A DNA stretch of 64,000 bases from Squalus acanthias (Eukaryota), in the NCBI GenBank assembly GCA_030390025.1, contig CM059441.1, positions 52,080,001 to 52,144,000 on the forward strand, written 5' to 3'. This document shows positions 36,152 through 47,899 of the stretch, piece by piece (within the stretch, counting starts at the first letter, position 1; each line of letters starts with the position of its first letter). The notes under the pieces are model-generated. The model was not told the DNA's origin and ran no database searches. It worked only from the letters and a program-made list of their open reading frames with translations. A program made the translations under genes and the position numbers.

Positions 36152-36620
36152 AGTGTCGGCTGTGGCTCAGTGGGCAGCACTCTTGCCTCTGGGTCAGAAG
36201 GTTGTGGGTTCAAGTCCCACTCCCAGGACTTGAACACAAAAAAAATCTAGACTGACACACCAGTGCAGTGCTGAGGGAGTGCTGCACTGTCGAAGGTGCT
36301 GTCTTTTGGATGAGATGTTAAACTGAGGCCCCGTCTGCTCTCTCAGGTGGACGTAAAATATCCCATGGCACTATTTCGAAGAAGAGCAGGGGAGTTATCC
36401 CCGGTGTCCGGGCCAATATTTATCCCTCAATCAACATCACTAAAACAGATTATCTGGTCATTATCACACTGCTGTTAGTGGGAGCTTGCTGTGCGCACAT
36501 TGGCTGGCTGCCGCATTACAACAGTGACTACACTTTAAAAAGTACTTCATTGGCTGTAAAACGCTTTGAGATGTCCGGCGGGCTTGAAAGGCGCGATAGA
36601 AATCCAAGTCTTTCTTTCTT
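36152..36620 (+). mobile_element. Deu-domain SINE, near full length
   Basis: Head, core and tail ending in TCTTTCTTTC. Confidence 0.9.
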
Positions 36621-36662
36621 ATTGTTGGTTTGTAAACAAACATCAGGAAAAGTTACTGCATT

Positions 36663-38933
36663 TCAAAGTGAAGCGCTTCGGGACATTTGAGAGATGTGAT
36701 AAGGCACTATGTAAATGATATTTCTCCTTTTAGCAGAGTCCCCCACACAGCAATGAGATGCATGGCCAGATTCTTTGTATTTTCGTGGATTATTTGAAGA
36801 AGAAATGTTTGGAATGGGGAGATGAACCGGCTGCGCAGCGATGCTGCTTGTCGTAAGAATGAGCCTTACGCGTGGGTCAGGTTTAATGATGCCATTGCCC
36901 ACACAATAGCCAAGGATGTTGATGGTTGGTTGTGATTCAATGGATTTAGCCGCATTTAATGTCAAATTACGGTGCTGGAGTGCATCCCAAAATCGTTGGA
37001 GATTGGCGTCATGTTCCCGCTGATTGCGACCTGCGACAGTAATATTGTCCAGATAAGGAAACGTATCCTTCAAGTCTTCCTGTTTGACCAGGTCATCCAT
37101 TGCTCGCTGGAAGACAGCCACTCCATTAGTGACCCCAAAGGGGAGGCGACGAAATTGATACAGCCGTCCATTGGCTTCAAAGGCCGTATACTGCTTGTCT
37201 GAGACCTTCAAGGGTACCTGATGATAGGCACTTTTCAGATCATATGTTGAGAACACTGTGTACTCAGCCAGTTTATTAACCATATCATCGATGCGCGGCA
37301 ATGGGTATGCGTCCAAGTCCGTATATTGATTGATGGTCTGTGAATAGTCAATGCACAGCCGTTTCTTGTGAGGTTGTAGAGGGTTCTTAACAATAACGAC
37401 CTGGGCGCACCATGGCGACGAACAAGGCTCGATGATATCCTCTGCTAAAAGCCGAGAAATCTCAGCCGCAATAAAAGACTGGTCTTCCTGACTGAAACGT
37501 CGTGACTTTGTTATAATCGGTTTGCATCGAGGAGGGATACTGGTAAACAGTGAGGGTTCATCCAGTGAAGCTGCTGACAATGCACAGAACGGTAATCGAG
37601 GTAGTATATTAGAAATAGTGAGTTCAGGTTTGGATCCGCCGAACTCAATGGTGAGCTTCTTATGCTGCTTTTGAAAATCCAGCCCTAAGATAAGATCACT
37701 ACATAAATCCTTGAGCACCGAAAGCCGGGTGGAGGGATACCTGTGACCATTAAGTGTTATTTCAACCATACAAAAGCCAGAAATTCTGGTATTAAGTGAT
37801 GACTGAGCCATCGCAATTGCCTGGTCCGATGGGAAAACATGTAGCTTTAACTCTGCAACAATCTGTTCCCTAATGAACCTATCAGTGCTACCTGAGTCAA
37901 TTAAGGCATCTAAAGTATGTCCATTAATTGATGCTTTTGTAGCTGCATGGAATAGGTTCTGAGGACAAGCAGCTGTAATTGGTGTCGTTGCACAAAGAGT
38001 GGCTGAAACTCTAGGTGTGTTTCTTCGAGAGGAAACCCGAGAGGAAGCACAATAGATTTTAGCCAGAACATCTTGATAGGCCCTTACCGGGGCAGTTCGG
38101 TAGGACTTAGCTTGATAAGCCCTCGTAGAGGCTCTTGATAGGCAAACCTTTGCAAAATGACCCTTTTTGTTGCAATGACTGCAAAACGCATTGCGAGCAG
38201 GGCAGAATTTCCGAGGGTGAAACTCATCACCACAAAAGAAGCATTTCTTAGATTGCCAAGAGGCTGCCACAGTGGGGTCATCATCCTCTTCATCAGTGAA
38301 GTCATCAGATTGATCGTCAGGGATAAAGTCCTCCCTAATAGAGTTCACCTGTGGCCTCTTAAATTGCCTGACTGTAGTTAAGGCAGTAGACCGAGGTCTG
38401 GGCACTGTATAAAGGTCTGCATTTCTTTTTGCCAGATCTAGAGAGCAAGCCATGTCATAAGCTCTCTGAAGCTCAAGTGTCTTACTTTCCAGTAGACGCT
38501 GGCGTATAAATGGGGAGGCAAGCCCGCAGATGAAAGCATCATGGATCATTTCTTCACGGTACAGCTCAGCTGAGACCGCCTGAAAGTTACAGTCCATACT
38601 AAGTCTGCGAAGCTCTTGGAGGAATTTATCAATGGATTCCTCCGGCCCTTGTTGGGCTGTAGCTAGTAGATGTCTGGCATAGACCTCATTCGGTGTCTTA
38701 GTATATAGTCTCTTAAGCGTCTGAATTGCCTCCTCGTAACTGCCCCATTCCTCCACATACTGAAATACATTCGGGGTGACACAGTTGATGAGTATCCGCA
38801 ACTTTGAGTCATCATCAGCCTTGCAATATTCAAGAAAATTGTCAAACGTGCGATACCAGTGTTTCCACACCTTACCGGCTGCTGGGGTGTTTGGGTCCAA
38901 GTCAAGACGCGATGGTTTAAGGATGTTTTCCAT
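36663..38933 (-). CDS. Gag-protease-RT polyprotein: 687 element-derived codons, then read-through into the LTR stub and host DNA; RNase H and integrase deleted
   Basis: Two CCHC knuckles CFFCGDEFHPRKFCPARNAFCSHCNKKGHFAKVC, protease LIDSGST, RT RLCIDY..YPLPRI..DLKSAYHQ..LPFGV..YLDN. Confidence 0.9.
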   Translation of the reverse strand: MENILKPSRLDLDPNTPAAGKVWKHWYRTFDNFLEYCKADDDSKLRILINCVTPNVFQYVEEWGSYEEAIQTLKRLYTKTPNEVYARHLLATAQQGPEESIDKFLQELRRLSMDCNFQAVSAELYREEMIHDAFICGLASPFIRQRLLESKTLELQRAYDMACSLDLAKRNADLYTVPRPRSTALTTVRQFKRPQVNSIREDFIPDDQSDDFTDEEDDDPTVAASWQSKKCFFCGDEFHPRKFCPARNAFCSHCNKKGHFAKVCLSRASTRAYQAKSYRTAPVRAYQDVLAKIYCASSRVSSRRNTPRVSATLCATTPITAACPQNLFHAATKASINGHTLDALIDSGSTDRFIREQIVAELKLHVFPSDQAIAMAQSSLNTRISGFCMVEITLNGHRYPSTRLSVLKDLCSDLILGLDFQKQHKKLTIEFGGSKPELTISNILPRLPFCALSAASLDEPSLFTSIPPRCKPIITKSRRFSQEDQSFIAAEISRLLAEDIIEPCSSPWCAQVVIVKNPLQPHKKRLCIDYSQTINQYTDLDAYPLPRIDDMVNKLAEYTVFSTYDLKSAYHQVPLKVSDKQYTAFEANGRLYQFRRLPFGVTNGVAVFQRAMDDLVKQEDLKDTFPYLDNITVAGRNQREHDANLQRFWDALQHRNLTLNAAKSIESQPTINILGYCVGNGIIKPDPRVRLILTTSSIAAQPVHLPIPNISSSNNPRKYKESGHASHCCVGDSAKRRNIIYIVPYHISQMSRSASL

Positions 38934-39206
38934 GATGGGTGATTCCCTGGATCCTTAGTTCCGAGTTCGTCCAAAAAGTTTGAGTGCGAAGTTTTCCAAA
39001 GTTGATTAAATTGTCGTAAGAATGAGCCTTACGCGTGGTGAACTTAAAGTAAGCTTTAATCAACTAAAAAAGGTGCTACATACAAAAGAGGTCTTACTCT
39101 ATGCCTCTCCAGGATCCAACTGATCAGTCCAGTATTTATCCTGGACTAATCACAGGAAGTGATGCAATAAAGTTCGAGTCACAGGAAGCTGTATTGTGTT
39201 ACCACA
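36849..39206 (-). mobile_element. Gypsy (Mag-like) LTR retrotransposon, internally deleted; 5-bp TSD CTGCT
   Basis: 5' LTR 39206-39012 (TG..CA, 195 bp); only the last 27 bp of the 3' LTR remain (36849-36875, identical); TSD at 36844-36848 and 39207-39211. Confidence 0.93.
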
Positions 39207-39916
39207 CTGCTCATGGCCGAACAGTTGTGGCTGGGCTCACATGTGAAGTGTGACCCCGATTGTAAAGTGTCAGAAGATTGCTGGCTTCAGGAAACGAGGG
39301 GCGGGGGTGAGAGGCAGTTGGCAGTGACAGGTTTGCTTTGTACTGGTTTTCCAACACAGGGAATTTGTAGAATTTTCCCTTTTTTTTAAAATCTCCCCGT
39401 TCCAAACACTGACACCACAGCTGTCTGTTGCTGGACATACTTCTCCGATGTCGTGCTGGACTGAAGCGATCAGTGAATGTCTTAAGCTCAGCTGTTCCTT
39501 GCTGAAGAAAGGCTCCAGCGTGGCGTGTCCATGTCTCGGTGATATTCCACATGTGCAATAACACGGTCAGGTCTACAGGCCCCAGTTGGCCGCAGGTCCC
39601 ATACTCCACACAGCCCCAGTTCACAGCTCATTTCACAGGATGAAAGCAGTGCAAATGGGGTCAGCTGTACAGAAGCCAGCAGTTAACATTTAAAAAAAAG
39701 TTAAACTCTGTCGGCAGATTAATCAGGGTCCAGAGCCAAGCACCTTGACTGGCTGGTGAACGGGTGGCGATGGCTTGGACCCTTCCATTTGATCCATTGG
39801 GATCTGCTGTAAGTGTAACAAACTGCCGTACCAGTTGGGAGCAATGCTTGTAGCTGAGGTTAAATTCAATAGTTCTTCTGTGTACAGAATGTTTTAGTTA
39901 TAAAGCTGGAGTTCAG

Positions 39917-40362
39917 AGAAAGAAAGACTTGCATTTATATAGCACCTTTCACGACCAAAGCGCTTTACAGCCAATGAAGTACTTTTTGAAGTGTAGTCAC
40001 TGTTGTAATGTAGGAAACGCGGCAGCCAATTTGCGCACAGCAAGCTCCCACTAATGGCAATGTGATAATGACCAGATAATCTGTTTCAGTGATGTTGATC
40101 AAGGGATAAATTTTGGCCCAGGACACCAGGGATAACTCCCCTGCTCTTCTTCGAAATAGTGCCATGGGATCTTTTACATCTACCTGAGAGAGCAGACGGG
40201 GCCTCGGTGTAACGGACGGCACCTCTGACAGTGCAGCACTCCCTCAGCACTGCACTGGAGTGTCAGCCTAGATTTTTGTGCTCAAGTCCCTGGAGTGGGA
40301 CTGTGAACCCACAACCCTCTGACTCAGAGGGGGGAGTGCTACCCACTGACCCAGGGCTGACA
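39917..40362 (-). mobile_element. Deu-domain SINE
   Basis: Same family as 36152-36620. Confidence 0.9.
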
Positions 40363-41744
40363 CACAGTGCAAAAATCCTAGATTTTCCGATTGGTGAACA
40401 GGGGTGTTAATAATTGCCAATTGGGGAATGTCGGGGTTGGGGTGTTTAAGTAAAGGAGGAGTCCTTGACTGTAATCCTTTAACACCATGCCGATGAACCT
40501 GCTCTAATGCAGTTTTCCCCATCTCGAAATACAAGTCCTGTTGAACATGCCAGGCCAAGGACTTCTATCGTGTTCTTTGGAACTCAAACCTGCCAAACCT
40601 GAAAGTGCGCAGTTGAATTTCTACCAGTAGCAAGCTCGCCTTAACTGCTTCGACACCAGCCTGATTCTGACCTCCTTTTTAAAAGTGTAATAAGAAAGGG
40701 CAGCTTCCATCTAGACCGTTCAGCCTGTATATCTAAACACATATTACAAGGATGCAGTACAAAAGTTGTGCTGTGTTGATGTCTTGCCCCCATCACGCCA
40801 GCAGACATGTGAAGATGTAGTGAAAGGCCCAGCACTCTCGGTACTGCTGGTGTAAAGACTGCTGTCTCTGGGCCGCACTGCACACTCGCACCGGGGCAGT
40901 CAAACTCCACAGGAGGAGGGTGAAACTCCCCAGCGTGCATGTTGCAAATCACGTACTTAGAATATAGATCTTGCCAATGGGACGCCTTTGGTAGCACATT
41001 GCCATAGCAACTCCATGGCAACGGCTCAGAGGACATTGGATTGGCCTGCTGCTTGCTGCTCTGCACCAGAGGCATTGGTGAGCATCTGCCTGCTGACAGT
41101 GTGGCAATGCTGACAGATGTTGGTCTTGAATGAGCTGATGCCACACGGACATCCTCTTGCTACCTCAAGGCGGGTTAATAAAAGACATAATCATTCTCCA
41201 GCAAGAAACCGCAGTGAGTGCAGGATTGTTATACAATACAGATTGTGTGCGTCAAATGAATCCCAGTTACTTGCAGCAGATGACTGACGGGGCCATTACC
41301 CAATCATCCGCATGGTGCCCGGGAATAGTGGTGTCATTCTAATACAGCCACAAACACACCCCCTCGGCCCATGCTCAGGCAGTTAAAGTGAGAGCACCAG
41401 AGTAAACATAGAGTGAGAAATCTTTAAAGAGGACAGGAATCTGGAATGGAATAGGATGCTACAAGGAAATATTAGCTGCAGTATCTATCTCAAGGCCTTG
41501 GCATTGTTTATCTTTGTTTAAACAGTGAGTGCCGGTGCCTGGGAATATGATTGGAAAGAGTTTTTGTTTAGAAAGTTGCTGGAAAGCTGAATTGACACAC
41601 ATGGTAGAAAAATCATAAAAACACGGCTGGATTGCTGACTGATCTTTGTTGCTATAGGCATACACCGTTTTCAAATGAGTGCCTCAAAGTCACGTTTCAC
41701 ATTGTCACACTTCAAAGAGTCAACATTTTAAAAACGAGTTATTT

Positions 41745-42030
41745 AGTGCTGCGCCCCTCCAATTCTGGCCTCTTGAGCATTCCCGATTTTCAGTGTTTCA
41801 CCATTGGCGGCCGTGCCTTCTGTTGCCTAGGCCCTAAGCTCTGGAATTCGCTCCCTAAATCTCTCCGTCTCTCTACCTCTCTTTCCTCCTTTAAGACGCT
41901 CCTTAAAACCTCCCTCACCTGTCCTAATATCTCCTTGCGTGGCTCGGAGTAAAATTTTCTTTGCTAACGCTCCTCTGAAGCACCTTGGGACGTTTTACTC
42001 TGCTCTATAAATGCAACCTCTTTTTGTTTA
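41745..42030 (+). mobile_element. L2 3' tail fragment
   Basis: TIGGRAF..GPKLWNSLP..SFKTLLKT motif. Confidence 0.8.
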
Positions 42031-42048
42031 ATTCTGCTGATTGAGGGC

Positions 42049-42495
42049 TGGTGCCATCACCAATAAAAAAGGAAGGTGCCCCCTTTTAAAGGGACACAAC
42101 CAATAAAACTGTAACACAAACCAAAACTTCTAAAGTAAACTTAACAAATCAAATTAAAGTTTTGTTTCCAGGGGCGATGAAGCACTCCAGTCCCACCGGC
42201 GTTCCATCTCCAGGGACACCCAGGTGCCAACATAGCCGCGGAAGAGAGGCGGGCACATATCAATGATTTGTGCACATATATCCCCCTGGAATCTCTGTTC
42301 ATGCACCCCCTTTAGGATTGTACCCTTTAGTTTATATCCCTAAGGGTCAAATGAACGGGTCCAAGCCATCGCCACATATTACCCATTCACCAGCCAGTCA
42401 AGGTGCTTGAAACAACACTTGGCTCTGGATCCTGATTAATTTGTCAGGCCGAATGACCCCCCTCGACTGCACGCTGCCTGGACCTGCTAATGGCT
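42049..42495 (-). mobile_element. Tx1/L1-group 3' fragment with a 188-bp composite insert (42256-42443)
   Basis: Colinear with 29187-29430 except for the insert. Confidence 0.7.
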
Positions 42496-42711
42496 GTATA
42501 AATGCAAGTTGTTGCTATTGAAGGTTTCATTTGACCTGGAGCTGTGAATTTATCAGCTGACCGACAAACGTCTATTACCAGCAGCAATGAACCCATTCAC
42601 CTCCGAATGTGTCTATTTGTTGTCATTTAGATTTTGTGGCTTTAAAGAGACAGCCTGCGTTAAACACAACTCCACCTTAGCAGCAGGACAATACATTCTC
42701 CAATCGGACAG

Positions 42712-43520
42712 GGCATAGTAGATTAGTGGTTATTTTACTTGACTAATAATCCCGAGAACATGAATTCAAATCTCACCATGGTAGCTTGAAAATTTGAATT
42801 CAGTTGAATATAAATATAAAGCAGGTGATGGGTAAAATTGACCCGGAAGCTGTTGGATTGTTGTAAATACCCAACTAGTTCACTTTAGGGAATCCTTTAG
42901 GGAATCCAGTGTCAGCTGTGTCTCAGTGGGTAGCACACTCGCCTCTGAGTGAGAAGGTTGTGGGTTCATAATCCCACTCTAGGGACTTGAGCACATAAAT
43001 CTAGGCTGACACTCCAGTGCAGTGCTGAGGTGCCGTCTTTTGGATGAGACGTTAAACCGAGGCCCCGTCTGCTCTCTCAGGAGAACGTAAAAGATCCCAT
43101 GGCACTATTTCAAAGAAGAGCAGGGGAGTTCTCCCTGATGTCCTGGCCAATATTTATCCCTCAACCAACATAACAAAAAACAGATTATCTGGTCATTATC
43201 GCATTGCTGTTTGTGGGAGCTTGCTGTGCGCAAATTGGCTGCCGCATTTCCCACATTACAACAGTGACTACACTTCAAAAGTACTTCATTGGCTGTAAAG
43301 CGCTTTGAGACGTCCGGTGGTCGTGAAAGGCGCTATATAAATGCAAGACTTTCTTTTTCTTTTCCTTTAGGGAATGAAACCTGCTGTCCTTACCCAGTTG
43401 ACTCTTAACTGCCCTCTCAAGTGGCCTAACAAGCCACTCAGTTGTTTCAAACCACCATCAGCGATTCAGGAAGAGAGCCTACCACCACCTCTGGGCAACC
43501 AGGGATGGGCAGTAAATGCA
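42712..43520 (+). mobile_element. SINE family B split by a Deu-domain SINE (42906-43362; TSD TCCTTTAGGGAAT at 42893-42905 and 43363-43375)
   Basis: Both SINE families recognisable; 13-bp TSD. Confidence 0.85.
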
Positions 43521-44449
43521 CCATGTACCTGTGCTGTGATGCCAATACACCATGTTACCTGCACCAAAACTTCACCACACAGCCTTTAAGGGATTGTTGA
43601 CATTGGGAGTTGTCTCTCAGCCTAGCTATAATGTCTGCCTTGCAAACTATCCTAAGTGCACCATGTTACCTGTACCTGTACTGTAATGTCAATACACCAT
43701 GTAGCTGTACTGTAATGTCACGAAATTTGTATTAGTTCACAAGACTCGTATAAGCTCCACTAAGTATCTGACACTGCTTTGTGGCTGCTAGTCCATTTCT
43801 CTGGTGCCATCGTTTATCAGCTGCAGGTTTTGCACAGCCAGTGGCAGCGCTTAGCGTGAATAGCAATGGAGACTCACTTATTTCATGGCTATGTGGATCT
43901 GCCATCACAGCCACCACCTCCTTCTATCCAGTTGGCCTTCAGGAGACCAGTTGCAGACTTCATGCATAGAAATGGAATAGAGACACCGGAAGGTCCTCCG
44001 GCCTTCGCTTGCCTCGGACCCAGACTGCATCAAGCTGGCGTGTCGAAACGCCTACAAAAACTGAAGATGTTTCGAGGCATAATCCCATGTTTTTAATGCC
44101 ATGCTTTGTGCAATGACCACACGTGTACACGCAAACTGTCTTGTGCAGCTTTCCTGTTACATTTGTTATGTAACTGCGGTGGGGAAAGGGGAATGACTCT
44201 TCACTGGGGAGGAAAAGATCAAAACTTCACAACACCGCCTCTGAGGGATTGGTGACAGTGGGGGTTGTCTCTCGACCTAGCTATAATATCTGTCTTACAA
44301 ACTGTCCCGTGTTTTCCTGCATTCTACACAGCCCCTTAATGGCTCAGTAGGGGAAAGCACTTCCTGACTCAGAACTCAGTCATGCAGACCAAGAAGGTCT
44401 GAATTTTGACTGGAAGTTTGTGGTATTTTAATTGGTCAGAGGAGAATCA

Positions 44450-44727
44450 TCATAGAAATTTACTGCACAGAAGGAGGCCATTCGGCCCATCGTGTCCACG
44501 CCGGCCGACAAATTGCTCTCCAGCCTAATCCCACTTTCCAGCTCTTGGTCCGTAGCCCTGTAGGTTACGGCACTTCAAGTGCATATCCAAGTACTTTTTA
44601 AATGTGATGAGGGTTTCTGCCTCGACCACCCTTTCAGGCAGTGAGTTCCAGACCCCACCACCCTCTGGGTGAAAACATTTCTCCTCAAATCCCCTCTAAT
44701 TCTTCTACCAATTACTTAAATCTATGG
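44450..44727 (-). mobile_element. CR1 3' end
   Basis: Reverse complement of the 14455-14725 type tail. Confidence 0.85.
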
Positions 44728-46464
44728 CCACAATTGGACCTTGTCTTCTTGGGCTAGAGAGAGGAGAAGGTATACTAGGATTCCCACTCCTGGTGGCGAT
44801 CGAATGACCAGTTCTGGCAAGTGTCTATGTGTAGATGTAAGAAGACAGTAAGTAAGTGCTTTGCTGTGATTTTGCCTTTCTGTCAAATAGCTACAGAGGC
44901 TCTGTGTGGATTATCATTAATTACTGAGTTTGTTAAAAATATTTTTTTTACTGCAAGTCAAATGGCTAATTTGAGGGAAGGACTGTGACATTAGTATCGA
45001 AAGTGGAAAAACCATTTGGCTCCCTTATGGCTTTGTGGACATTTGCATTGCCTGGTGAGTTACTGAACCATACAGGTCAGAGAGCTCCCAGATCCAAACC
45101 CTCGTGATCTGTGCTAATGCAGCCGGTCTAAAGCCAGGAGGGCAGGATATCCTGCTGCTCAGTGGTGCCACAGTTGGCCTTAACATCTCTGGGCCCGGGA
45201 AGGTTACATTCAGCCAGGGTCCTTCTAAATGACCATCGCGCTCAGTGGAAAACGTATTGATTGAGCATAGATGATGCTTAGCTACGATGTGTACTGTCTA
45301 GGCTCACATGAAACAAATAACCACTTGAATGAGGGATCAGAAGACATTTGGCATCCATAGAACTGTGGCCCACCATGAGCTGTACTTTTAGAGTAAGGAG
45401 GCATAATGTGGGAGTGGGGGGGGGGGGGGGAGAAAGCTGTTTTACTTTGGTGAAGGTATGAAGAATCTCTCTCTCTTTTCCACAGGCCCCCAAATGGTGT
45501 TCATTCCTGATCCCTGACCTCCACCAAGCTCTCAAACAAAATACACTTCACACAAGAATGAATTGCTTCCTCCACATCGGCTTCTGTTTGAATCTCTCCT
45601 GTAGTGATTAAGGCTGAGTTAGTCAACTGAAAGACTTTTGGGTGCGTGTTAACATTTTCACATGCTCCATGAATACCAGGTATTCAGATCAGGGCTGCTG
45701 AATGTTACAATTTAATAATAAACTTCACGACTTTGCTCTTGGTCTGCTGAAGACTGAATTGCAAGTACATAGGAACAGGAGTAGGCCATTCAATTTAAAA
45801 CCTCACTTTCCGCCTCTAATGACAGAAGCCTGCTGCCCTTTCCCTCTTGCTAATGAATTAGAGGAGCATGTGCTGAATTATCCAGCCTCTGCCTCAGAAC
45901 TATTGGACATTGTTTGGTATTGATTCAAAATTTACCCTCTCAAACCATAGCTTTCACCAACATAGGATCGGAAGACTGAAGTCATGGTTTGCCATAAACT
46001 CCACTCCTTTGCTGCTGATTCTGTCGATTTACCCGGCCACTCACACAGGTTGAACTAAGCCATGCAGAACTTAGATGTCCTATTTGATCCTGAGCTAAGC
46101 TTCAAATTCTACATCCTATCCGTCGATTGCCTGCTTCTGCCAGGCCAAGATTGTTCGCCTCTACCCCTACCTCAGCCTCTCTGCCAGTGAAATCATTGTC
46201 CATGTTTTTATCACCTCCAGACTGGTTTCTTCCATCCTCCACCCCTTCACAAAGTCCAACTTGTCTGAAACGGAACCACCTGCAACCTGTCCCTCACTAA
46301 ATCCTGATAACTTGTCATTCCCATCCTCGCTGAGCTGCGCTGCCTCCCTGCCCCACAGTCTATTAAATGTAAACTCTTCGTCCTTCTCTTCAGATCTCTC
46401 CTTGGCCTTGCTGAAACCCATCTCCTGCAGCCACCTCCAGTCATATATTTTACCTTACTCTTAA

Positions 46465-46950
46465 GGGTATGGTAGTATAGTGGTAATGTTACTGGACTAA
46501 TAATCCAGAGGCCTGGACTAATGATCTGTGGGACATGAGTTCAAATCCCACCACAGCAGCTGGGGAATTTAAATTCAGTTAATTAAATAAATCTCGAATA
46601 AAAAGCTAGTATCAGTAATGGTGACCATGAAACTATCGGATTGTCGTAAAAACCCATCTGGTTCACTAATGTCCTTCAGGGAAGGAAATCTGCTGTCCTT
46701 ACCCGGTCTGGCCTACATGTGACTCCAGACCCACAGCAATGTGGTTGACTCTGAAATGGCCCAGCAGGCCACTCAGTTGTATCAAATCGCTGCGACAAAG
46801 TCAGCGCTGTGGGAGTAACTTCACCACACGGACTGCAGCGGTTCAAGAAGGCGGCTCACACCACCACCTTCTCAAGGGCAATTAGGGATGGGCAATAAAT
46901 GCCGGCCTTGCTAGTGATGCCCACATCCCAGGAACAAATTAAAAAAAAAC
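46465..46950 (+). mobile_element. SINE family B, full length, inserted in a degenerate L2 (about 45975-47070)
   Basis: tRNA-like head (GAGTTCAAATCCC), conserved core, 3' tail matching the LINE family B 3' end, A tail. Confidence 0.88.
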
Positions 46951-47899
46951 TCTCCTGGCGCCCACCCCACTCTCACCAACACCCTTCAGTCCACTGATTC
47001 TGGGCTTTTGTGTGTGCTTGCTCCCTTTGCCCCTCCGTTGGTCGCAAGTCTTCAGCTGCTGTGCTCCTCCACTGTCTAGTTTGAAAGTGGTGGCATGAAT
47101 TAAGTGTTGAAATCTAACTGTGTTGCAACCAACAATGGGGAGAGTACGCTGCCATGTTGCATTCCGTGATGATTGTGTGTGAGGTCTCGCTGGTGGTGCA
47201 AGGCTTCAAAAACATCTTGCCTGTTACCTGCTTTTTAGGGGTTTGAGAAGTTTCCTATAATTAGAGAGTAAAAGTTTGCATATATTTAACATTATCACAT
47301 GATCACATTTTCAAACCCTGTTGTGGAAGAATTTCAATAAGACTGTGGCAGCGTGGGGCTGATTTTGTGGAGTAACACAGATCCATATTAATTCTCAGAA
47401 AGATTGTTGGGCACTGTGGAGCAAACGGCAACACCCTAATCCTCTCTCCACCCCTGAATAAACAGACATGATACTAACTTCAAGCTTTATAGGGGGATTT
47501 CTGCAATGAAATGTAGATCATTTAAATAATGAAAACTGGAAACAAAGGAGTTCCAATGCAAGGATAAGGACTCAGACACAAAAGTAGCACTTAATAGTTG
47601 AACAGAATTGAACGAGACTGTGAGCCGAGCTCTAATGAAGAGACTTTGAACAATATACCTGGGGATGGGATTCCCCTACCCGAAACACAGATTGTGCAAC
47701 AAATTCAATGCAATGTTTCATACTGGTGCAATATCTATTTTTTTAAAATTGTTCTCGGATGTGGCAGGGCACTGAAAGGGTTAAAGGGCAATTGAAAGTG
47801 ACAACAAATATGGCATGGCCGCATTTATTGCACATCTCTAGTTACCATAGTGATTATTTTAATAACTGAATGGCTTGCTAGAACCAACCACCTAGTGTT

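Noticed and set aside
36152-36225. tRNA genes at SINE heads
   Set aside because: The A/B boxes are followed by SINE core and LINE-like tail; there is no complete cloverleaf.
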